Shown piece after piece: positions 41,030-47,263 of a stretch of DNA of 47,673 bases; the stretch's first letter is position 1, and each line of letters opens with the position of its first letter. The notes beneath the pieces were generated by a model that was not told the origin of the DNA, did not search any database, and saw only the letters and a program-made list of their open reading frames with translations. The position numbers and the translations under genes are program-made. The stretch lies in assembly GCA_031401615.1 (NCBI GenBank), contig JANNRS010000054.1:1-47673 (forward strand). The letters run 5' to 3'. The stretch comes from Minisyncoccota bacterium (GTDB lineage Bacteria; Patescibacteriota; Minisyncoccia; Phycocordibacterales; UBA9973).

Positions 41030-41089
41030 TAGAGACTTTTAGTCTCTATGCTCTCGGCAAAAACCCCCTGCTTATACCAGGGTGTTTTT
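41030..41089. terminator. End of the late block: 8-bp perfect hairpin plus a bidirectional terminator
   Basis: tagagact-ttt-agtctcta (41030-48). Then AAAAA-ccccctg-cttatac-cagggtg-TTTTT (41059-89), with one mismatch in the stem. Confidence 0.6.
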
Positions 41090-41105
41090 GTTCTCCCCAG
41101 TTTTC

Positions 41106-41146
41106 ATGAAGAAATCTTCATAGGGAGTATAATTAATTTGGAGGTG
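41106..41146 (+). promoter_or_regulatory. Palindrome + TATAAT + consensus Shine-Dalgarno for the island ORF
   Basis: atgaagaaatcttcat (41106-21), TATAAT (41128-33), GGAGGTG (41140-46), 8 nt before ATG 41155. Confidence 0.5.
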
Positions 41147-41154
41147 TACATTTT

Positions 41155-41367
41155 ATGCCCACTCATATTGGCTACTCTTCGGAGTTCTGCCACACTTGCA
41201 AAAGGTTCACCTCCCACAAAATTTCAAGAATGAACGAAAGTGGAGGACTCGTTCGTGAGTGTCAAGCTTGCATAGAGAGGAGAAATCATCCGTATGGACT
41301 TTCCAACACGGAAGGTGAAAGCAATAACGGAACCAGTGGTAGACCCGCGAACGGTACACTGCGTTAA
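41155..41367 (+). CDS. Zinc-ribbon protein (70 aa) in the GC-richer island
   Basis: CHTC-x19-CQAC. It is the only gene in the window with a strong SD. Confidence 0.55.
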   Translation: MPTHIGYSSEFCHTCKRFTSHKISRMNESGGLVRECQACIERRNHPYGLSNTEGESNNGTSGRPANGTLR

Positions 41368-41500
41368 CTGTCAACTCGCAACTCGTCCCGACCAGGTTCG
41401 GTGTATGAGTTGTAACAAACCATGGGCAACCAAGGTGGAGATAACGAAAAACCCCGTTCAAAGGGTTTTCCGCTTCCACGAGGGGAAGATGGTTCATTAA
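41294..41500 (+). CDS. Second zinc-ribbon ORF (68 aa), overlapping the first by 74 nt in another frame
   Basis: CVNC-x11-CMSC. No SD. It contains a terminator-like aaaaccc/gggtttt stem, so coding status is uncertain. Confidence 0.3.
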   Translation: MDFPTRKVKAITEPVVDPRTVHCVNCQLATRPDQVRCMSCNKPWATKVEITKNPVQRVFRFHEGKMVH

Positions 41501-41548
41501 GAAGGGGGTGGTCACATCTTGGCAGCTCGGAAAGACGAGCGGGGGGAG

Positions 41549-41896
41549 CTATTCATCGCTCCCTTCTTTCTTTGTCAATCTGTACTCCATAAACACAGTC
41601 GGTTTTGAAGTGGCAATCCCTCTGGCTATCTCATCCGCTTTTTTATCTTTCAACTGATTCTCAAAGTTTTGAGTCTCAGGAGAAAATGTCCAGTTATCTC
41701 GCTTCTTGATTTCAATAACCCCTTTGACACAATTTATTTTTTCATCTTCACCAATATGAGGTAAGATTTTTTCTTTCAATTCATCAATCCTTACTTTAAG
41801 TTCCTTCTCTTCAATCTTCAAATCCTCATAAGCAAGAAGGTCATTTTTTAATTCTTCATTCATATTTTTAAGTTGCACTCTGATAGAATTCATCAT
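41549..41896 (-). CDS. Coiled-coil protein, possibly Gp157/Gam-like recombination-module accessory (115 aa)
   Basis: N-terminal coiled coil, then KGVIEIKKRDNWTF and LKDKKADEIARGIATSKPTVFMEYR, which recall siphovirus Gp157-type proteins. Weak call. Confidence 0.35.
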   Translation of the reverse strand: MMNSIRVQLKNMNEELKNDLLAYEDLKIEEKELKVRIDELKEKILPHIGEDEKINCVKGVIEIKKRDNWTFSPETQNFENQLKDKKADEIARGIATSKPTVFMEYRLTKKEGSDE

Positions 41897-42194
41897 TGAC
41901 CAACTCGGTCACAGTGAAGTCTATCGGAGTAGTTGATTTATAAGTTTTTTCATTAAACCTCTCATCCTCTGGTCCATAACCCAACTCTCGTCTTACCCTT
42001 AAGGAATTGGCTACAGAACCGATGGTTTTTTTGACTTTTGCTTCCCAGTCGGATTCACCCATCATATCTGCTTTTTTTTGTTGATTGGCATAGGTCATAA
42101 CTCCAACCCTGCCGATAGCGACTACGCCTTTGCCGTCACTGCTTCTGTAGACATAGATTTTGTATTCCTCTGGGGCTAATTGTTCGTTATTCAT
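41868..42194 (-). CDS. Hypothetical protein (108 aa)
   Basis: Track ORF in the leftward recombination block. Confidence 0.5.
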   Translation of the reverse strand: MNNEQLAPEEYKIYVYRSSDGKGVVAIGRVGVMTYANQQKKADMMGESDWEAKVKKTIGSVANSLRVRRELGYGPEDERFNEKTYKSTTPIDFTVTELVNDEFYQSAT

Positions 42195-43033
42195 GTTAAG
42201 AATATTTGCTTTTTAGGACTGAAAGGATAAAAGATTGAGATACCGCTATTAATATAGTCGTAGACTGCGGAAACATGCCTGAAGGCACTGAAGGCGGCGA
42301 ATTGGTCTACAATCCTAGCAAGGTTGTATTTCTTTTTGTCCTTATCAATCTGCATAATTAATAATTCTTGAGGGCGCAGTCCTGTCATTTCCCACAAAGC
42401 TTTTCTGTAGGCAGCTACCTGCATGGCATACTCTGGTTTATCAATGGAATTGCTTGTTTTGAAGTCAACAATACAAAATATATCCTTACCCTCTTTCTTT
42501 ATATAGAATAAAGAATCTAGTGTCCCTGCATATTTATATTTGACTGAACAAACTCTCAGTTCTGAAGCGATAGGTGTGACCTCGTAGTCGTTGAAGAATT
42601 GCTCAGCTGAGCGAGTAATCGCCCAAAGCCGAGAATCTTCTCCAACGATAAACGAAGTCACATCTTTTGGTTTTTTGCCCGTATTTATCCATTGTTTCAG
42701 ATACCTTTCAATGGCTTCGTGACCTCTTGTCCCTATGTCGCCAGCATCCCTCAATTCATCTTCGTGAGCTAATTTGGCTGCTTTGTAATGCTCTTCTTTA
42801 TTCTTGTCATTTATAACCCCCCAGTTGCGGTCAAGATAATCAACAGCAATACCTGCAGCCCAGCGCTTCAGTCGCGGATTTTCCAATATGCCTGTTTTGG
42901 TCGTCACACTTGAAAAGACTTGGTTGGTTGGAGTGTGCCTGTATTTATGACCGTATTCGTCATGTTCAGGCACGACCAAATCTGGTGGGACTCGTTCGGC
43001 AATTATTCTTTGGATGTCAGCGACTGTTTTCAT
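42191..43033 (-). CDS. PD-(D/E)xK exonuclease, RecB/Cas4-like phage exonuclease (280 aa)
   Basis: Motifs GTRGHEAIERY, AGTLDSLFY, IVDFKTS (D-x-K) and QVAAYRKAL (QxxxY). Confidence 0.8.
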   Translation of the reverse strand: MKTVADIQRIIAERVPPDLVVPEHDEYGHKYRHTPTNQVFSSVTTKTGILENPRLKRWAAGIAVDYLDRNWGVINDKNKEEHYKAAKLAHEDELRDAGDIGTRGHEAIERYLKQWINTGKKPKDVTSFIVGEDSRLWAITRSAEQFFNDYEVTPIASELRVCSVKYKYAGTLDSLFYIKKEGKDIFCIVDFKTSNSIDKPEYAMQVAAYRKALWEMTGLRPQELLIMQIDKDKKKYNLARIVDQFAAFSAFRHVSAVYDYINSGISIFYPFSPKKQIFLT

Positions 43034-43503
43034 TAGAAGTTTTTGAATTCCGCTTCTGTCTTGGCTTTTTCTTCAAGCTCCGCTACAAACGCTTCGTCAA
43101 ATTTTCCATTTGTGTAAACATTTATAACTTTCAAAGGATTGAAGCCTTTTTTGCGAGCTGGTTTTTCGTCAGTGAATTCAACTCTGACTTTTTGTCCGAG
43201 TTTTATATTTCTGAATTTATTGTCTATCATCTTTGGGCTTTCTTTGGAGCCACCACCGACATTCCAAATTTCTCCCTCCTTAATAACGATAGGCTCTTCA
43301 ATCACCACTTTTTTGGCATCAATGTCGTGGAATTCACCGCCGTCAGCCTTAATCTCGTAAATCTTGACCATCTCCTTTTCTTTGCCTGGGAGCTGGCTTT
43401 GGATTTCTCTAACTGAAATTAGAGTCCCCATGATGTTGTCTCCGATTTTGTTAAACTTAGCGAAGGAATTTTTCACCTCCTGCCATTCATTTTTTTCACT
43501 CAT
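43033..43503 (-). CDS. Possible ssDNA-binding protein (156 aa)
   Basis: Adjacent to the exonuclease. Beta-rich core, with an acidic C-terminal tail ending in an aromatic residue (AELEEKAKTEAEFKNF) like T7 gp2.5-type SSBs. Inference only. Confidence 0.35.
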   Translation of the reverse strand: MSEKNEWQEVKNSFAKFNKIGDNIMGTLISVREIQSQLPGKEKEMVKIYEIKADGGEFHDIDAKKVVIEEPIVIKEGEIWNVGGGSKESPKMIDNKFRNIKLGQKVRVEFTDEKPARKKGFNPLKVINVYTNGKFDEAFVAELEEKAKTEAEFKNF

Positions 43504-43587
43504 ATAATTTTTAACTGTTAACTAATAACTGATAAATTTCTTATTCTCCAACCTCCAAATAAGAAGAAAGCATAGAGCCACTTATCT

Positions 43588-43758
43588 CTATACTTTCTTC
43601 TGATTTTGATAGTACTTCCTTATACGATAAACCCAAGTCCTGTCAATATTAAATATTTCTCCTATCTCAATATCAGTAAAGCCTTCTTTGCTTAATTGAG
43701 CTATCAGATTGACCCTCTTTTCTAGTACCGTTTTTTTTGTTAATTTGATTCTTGGCAT
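43588..43758 (-). CDS. Small HTH DNA-binding protein (56 aa), first gene of the leftward recombination block
   Basis: Hand-translated MPRIKLTKKTVLEKRVNLIAQLSKEGFTDIEIGEIFNIDRTWVYRIRKYYQNQKKV. The HTH is GFTDIEIGEIFNIDRTWVYRIRK. Confidence 0.5.
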   Translation of the reverse strand: MPRIKLTKKTVLEKRVNLIAQLSKEGFTDIEIGEIFNIDRTWVYRIRKYYQNQKKV

Positions 43759-43759
43759 G

Positions 43760-43768
43760 TTATCCACA
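43760..43768 (+). promoter_or_regulatory. Perfect DnaA-box-type 9-mer TTATCCACA, 32 nt upstream of TATAAT 43801-43806
   Basis: Direct reading; 1 nt from the ATG of the divergent HTH gene. Confidence 0.6.
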
Positions 43769-43777
43769 GCTAACGCT

Positions 43778-43806
43778 TTGATAAAGTCAATTATAAATAC
43801 TATAAT
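43778..43806 (+). promoter_or_regulatory. Near-consensus sigma70-type promoter TTGATA - 17 nt - TATAAT (rightward replication block)
   Basis: ttgata aagtcaattataaatac tataat; the first gene's ATG is at 43859. Confidence 0.6.
43790..43795 (-). promoter_or_regulatory. Divergent -10 hexamer TATAAT (minus strand), back to back with the rightward -10
   Basis: Plus strand reads attata. It lies 30 nt downstream (minus sense) of box 43834-43826. TTGTTG lies at 19 nt as a weak -35. Confidence 0.4.
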
Positions 43807-43825
43807 AAATAACGCAACAACATGT

Positions 43826-43834
43826 TGTGGATAA
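43826..43834 (-). promoter_or_regulatory. Perfect DnaA-box-type 9-mer TTATCCACA (minus strand), overlapping the palindrome ACAACATGTTGT (43817-43828)
   Basis: Plus strand reads tgtggataa; inverted relative to 43760-43768. Confidence 0.6.
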
Positions 43835-43858
43835 GATTATAAGTTAACCTTAACTTCC

Positions 43859-43993
43859 ATGGAAGAGGAAACAAAAATTGAAGGTCAGGTCACAGGTAAT
43901 CCTGAAGAGGCAACTCCTGTTGAACCTGCTCCTGAGGTAGCCCCAGAAGGTGCAGAGCCTACCCCAACAGGTGAGGATACTCCTGCAGAGTAG
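43859..43993 (+). CDS. Very acidic Pro/Glu-rich peptide (44 aa)
   Basis: Hand-translated MEEETKIEGQVTGNPEEATPVEPAPEVAPEGAEPTPTGEDTPAE; the first ORF after the rightward promoter. Confidence 0.4.
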   Translation: MEEETKIEGQVTGNPEEATPVEPAPEVAPEGAEPTPTGEDTPAE

Positions 43994-44004
43994 TTTGTAT
44001 ATAA

Positions 44005-44026
44005 GGCGGACAATTTATTGTCCGCC
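44005..44026 (+). terminator. Strong hairpin between the acidic ORF and the HNH gene
   Basis: ggcggacaa-tttA-ttgtccgcc (9-10 bp stem); no clear U-run. Confidence 0.4.
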
Positions 44027-44031
44027 TAATT

Positions 44032-44505
44032 ATGCAAATTAAAGCCGCAACAAGCATTAAAATACCACTCACAAAAGGAAAATTCGCTATTATAGATGCG
44101 GGTGATTTTGATTTAATTAGTAAATATAAGTGGTATTGTAATAAAGACGGATATGCTTTAACCACAACAGGTAGCACAGGAACTAGAATGCACCGATTAA
44201 TTCTGGGGGCAAACAAAAAAGAAATTTGCGACCATGTTAATTTAAATAAATTAGATAACAGAAAATCTAATCTTCGTATTTGCACACAAAAAGAGAATCT
44301 GAGAAATAGAAGTAAAAACAAAAATAACTCATCAAAATTTAAAGGTGTTTTTTGGCATTCAACAGCTAAGAAATGGATGGTGCAAATTTATGCCGATAAA
44401 TTTATTTATTTAGGACTTTTTACAAACAAGAAAAAAGCAGCCTTTGCATATAATATTGCAGCCAAAATATATCATGGTGAATTTGCTTATCTAAATAAAA
44501 TATGA
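44032..44505 (+). CDS. HNH homing endonuclease with AP2 DNA-binding domain (157 aa)
   Basis: HNH_3-type MHRLILG...CDHVNLNKLDNRKSNLRICTQKENLRN. AP2-type SKFKGVFWHSTAKKWMVQIYADKFIYLGLFTNKKKAAFAYNIAAKIYHGEFAYLN. Confidence 0.85.
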   Translation: MQIKAATSIKIPLTKGKFAIIDAGDFDLISKYKWYCNKDGYALTTTGSTGTRMHRLILGANKKEICDHVNLNKLDNRKSNLRICTQKENLRNRSKNKNNSSKFKGVFWHSTAKKWMVQIYADKFIYLGLFTNKKKAAFAYNIAAKIYHGEFAYLNKI

Positions 44506-45557
44506 ATTTACCTCAAAATATAAAAGAATGGTGGAATACTAGAGGCGTTTCAGATGTTATTTTAGATGAATATGAGATTAGTTGGAACGGTAGTGAAATA
44601 GTGATACCTATTAAAGATATTACTGGAAAAATATTATTTAACAAATATAGGAAAAATCCTTTTAATTTGGAAAATTCTGGACCAAAATATAAATATGATA
44701 AAGGGGGTTCGGTCACTCTATATAATGAAGCCATACTATCTAAAGCTTCCGCAAATGAACATGTGTTTATTTTAGAAGGGGAAGGTGATGTCTTAACCAT
44801 AACTTCTTTTGGATTTAAAGCTGTCACCTCTACTGGTGGAGCAAGTTCGTTCCAAGAATCTTGGGTAGAAAAATTTAAAGACTTAAATAATATAATAATA
44901 TGTTTAGATAATGACATCGCTGGTATTGACGGCGCTATAAAAATCCAAATGTTTATCCCATCCGCGAGGATATTAATGATTCCTACAACTTATGGTAAAG
45001 ATGTAACTGAGTTTTTACAATCTCACTCTATTCAGGATTTCATCAGTCTCCCCGCATATCAATATCCTATCCCTCAAGATTTGGGAGTCTCACCAGACGA
45101 AAAGCCTATAAAAAAAAAGAGACTTATAAATAATAAGATAGAGCAATTTAAGGATGCAGATAAAACTCTATCTCTAATGAGCCGAGAGCAACTCCGACTT
45201 GGTAAAAATGTAAACCACATCACCATAATGAGAGATTATGTCAGTAATAAAATAAGGCACTATAAAATAATAGCCGACCGTTTCAAAAACAGACAGAATT
45301 TCAGCTATGCCCACTCAGTAGAAGAAATCAAAAAAATCCCCATCACTAAATTCATTGATTTCAATTCCGCTGGCTACGCTCCCTGCATCTGGCACAACGA
45401 CTCCCACCCCTCCATGTTCTACAATAATGAGACCAGTAAATTTCCCAACACTGTAAAATGTTTCTCTTGCTCACAAATGGGAGATGTAGTGGATGTCATC
45501 TGCCAAATACGAGACTGCGACTTCAAAGAAGCCGTTAAATTTTTAACTGGAAAGTAA
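44502..45557 (+). CDS. DnaG-type primase with permuted domain order (catalytic TOPRIM core N-terminal, CHC2 zinc finger C-terminal)
   Basis: Primase-core motifs IVIPIKDITGKILFNKYRK...PKYKY. TOPRIM motifs FILEGEGDVLT and CLDNDIAGIDGA. CHC2 finger CIWHNDSHPSMFY...VKCFSCSQMGDVVDVI at about 45384-45500. Confidence 0.8.
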   Translation: MNLPQNIKEWWNTRGVSDVILDEYEISWNGSEIVIPIKDITGKILFNKYRKNPFNLENSGPKYKYDKGGSVTLYNEAILSKASANEHVFILEGEGDVLTITSFGFKAVTSTGGASSFQESWVEKFKDLNNIIICLDNDIAGIDGAIKIQMFIPSARILMIPTTYGKDVTEFLQSHSIQDFISLPAYQYPIPQDLGVSPDEKPIKKKRLINNKIEQFKDADKTLSLMSREQLRLGKNVNHITIMRDYVSNKIRHYKIIADRFKNRQNFSYAHSVEEIKKIPITKFIDFNSAGYAPCIWHNDSHPSMFYNNETSKFPNTVKCFSCSQMGDVVDVICQIRDCDFKEAVKFLTGK

Positions 45558-45591
45558 AATGAATAAAAACCGCAACATAAAAGTTGATGAT

Positions 45592-45654
45592 TGAAAGCGC
45601 TTACTGACATCTAGGCTCGTTGCGGTGCCTAGTTTTGCTCAGTAAGCGCTTTCA
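45592..45654. repeat. Perfect 16-bp inverted repeat (long hairpin) between the primase and ATPase genes
   Basis: tgaaagcgcttactga (45592-607) / tcagtaagcgctttca (45639-54). The arms extend imperfectly by gttgat.../...atcaac. The 31-nt loop contains ctagg/cctag and caccgcaac in reverse complement. Confidence 0.85.
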
Positions 45655-45672
45655 GCAATCAACGCTGAAAAT

Positions 45673-47025
45673 ATGAAGCCAGAAGAAATAAAAAAAGTAG
45701 AAATCCGAACCTATGCCCAGCTCCTAGCTGAGTTTGATAAATTCCTCTTACTTGAGGATAGAGGCGCACTGAAGGCTATCTGTGGCTGTATTATTGGTAA
45801 CCAAATGCACGGCGACCCCGTGTGGCTCTTCATAGTCGGCGCTTCTTCAGGGGGTAAGTCGGAGCTTATCCAAGCCTTCAATACCATCATAAACCCCTCT
45901 GGTGCGCCTCTAGTAACCCCTATATCTGACCTCACAATCAATGCCCTAGCCTCTGGGCAAAAAAGAGCAGGTAAAGAGACATCTTTGCTCCAAAGAATGC
46001 CCTACGGCGGCATCCTGTCCTTTAAGGACTTCACCTCTATGCTTGCTAAGTCCAAGGAAGCCCAACAGGAAATTTTCAAACAATTGAGAGAGGTTTATGA
46101 CGGCAGATACAACAAATTGACTGGTACTGGTGACAATATTGACTGGCTCGGCAAAGTGGGAGCTTTGGCAGGGGCTACCGAGATTATCTACGAATACCAA
46201 GAACAATTTGCAGCCATGGGCGACCGATTCATCATGTATTCTTTGGTCCAACCAGACCGTGACAAGCTAGTTGATTTTATAATGAACGAAGAGAGGATGA
46301 ATATTGACCGAGGGGAGATGCGCGCCCATCTTCAGGAATGTGTCAAAAGTTATTTATCCCACATACTAGGAGAATTTAAAGAAGAAGAAATCCATCTCTC
46401 AGAAACTTTAAAAAATGACCTTAAGGCAGTAGCAAATTTTTGTACTAGAGTTCGTTCGGGCGTAGTGATGGATGACAGAAGAAAACACCTCGTTCGCTTC
46501 GTACCTTCAGTTGAGATGCCTACCAGAATGTTGAATCAACTCATCACTCTAGCCAAAGCATTCATCGCTATGCGTAGAGCAGAGCCAGGAGCCAAAGATA
46601 CATCTGATGGAAACCTTACAATGGAAGAACAACAGCTCCTTTTTAAAATTGCTTTTGACTCTATCCCAATAAAACGCCGAATGGCTCTTAAAGCTCTGGC
46701 AAAATATGAGGGGGGAGTTTCTTCAAAAGGTTTGGCTATCGCCATCAGTTATCAAACAGAGGTCGTAACTGCATGGCTCGCTCAACTGAATGGTCTTGGG
46801 ATTTGCAGCCGTGAGGTCAAAGGTGGAAATCAGGGGGATATGTGGAAGCTCCTCGGTCAATACCGAGCCATCATGGTAAAGTTTGAACACATAGAGGTGA
46901 CTCAGGACTCTCTAGTTGATGCTGACGACTACGAAGACACTGGTTGGAACGAGAAGAGTCAGACCAAAAGAGAAGATGAGATGGTTTCTTTAGACCCGAT
47001 AGAGCAAGAATTCCAAAATTTTTAA
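45673..47025 (+). CDS. P-loop NTPase, putative primase-associated replicative helicase (DUF3987/VirE-like?) with C-terminal wHTH (450 aa)
   Basis: Walker A FIVGASSGGKSELIQ. A winged-helix-like segment lies at ALKALAKYEGGVSSKGLAIAISYQTEVVTAWLAQL. Sits next to the primase. Confidence 0.55.
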   Translation: MKPEEIKKVEIRTYAQLLAEFDKFLLLEDRGALKAICGCIIGNQMHGDPVWLFIVGASSGGKSELIQAFNTIINPSGAPLVTPISDLTINALASGQKRAGKETSLLQRMPYGGILSFKDFTSMLAKSKEAQQEIFKQLREVYDGRYNKLTGTGDNIDWLGKVGALAGATEIIYEYQEQFAAMGDRFIMYSLVQPDRDKLVDFIMNEERMNIDRGEMRAHLQECVKSYLSHILGEFKEEEIHLSETLKNDLKAVANFCTRVRSGVVMDDRRKHLVRFVPSVEMPTRMLNQLITLAKAFIAMRRAEPGAKDTSDGNLTMEEQQLLFKIAFDSIPIKRRMALKALAKYEGGVSSKGLAIAISYQTEVVTAWLAQLNGLGICSREVKGGNQGDMWKLLGQYRAIMVKFEHIEVTQDSLVDADDYEDTGWNEKSQTKREDEMVSLDPIEQEFQNF

Positions 47026-47026
47026 C

Positions 47027-47263
47027 ATGGCACTAATCGTAGAAATAAAAATAAATACAGAGAAAATCTACACTATGGCAGCCGAGCGTATGTATGATAA
47101 AAAGACTGGTCTCAACCCTTACAAAATAAGGCTCTACGACCCTGAAATGAATGTTATTCGTGAAACTAATATAGGGCATGTTTACGAAGACGGCGCTATC
47201 AAACTGGTAGCCAGAATGTGTAATGAATTTAGTGAAAATGGAATTATACGAAAATATAAATGA
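47027..47263 (+). CDS. Hypothetical protein (78 aa)
   Basis: Track ORF; ATGA overlap with the helicase start. Confidence 0.5.
   Translation: MALIVEIKINTEKIYTMAAERMYDKKTGLNPYKIRLYDPEMNVIRETNIGHVYEDGAIKLVARMCNEFSENGIIRKYK

Noticed and set aside
41207-41515. 102-aa minus-strand ORF (GTG start) across the GC-richer island
   Set aside because: The plus-strand reading gives two clean CxxC...CxxC zinc-ribbon patterns and has a promoter plus SD. The minus ORF is His/Phe/Cys/Trp-rich without a pattern. It cannot be fully excluded without expression data.
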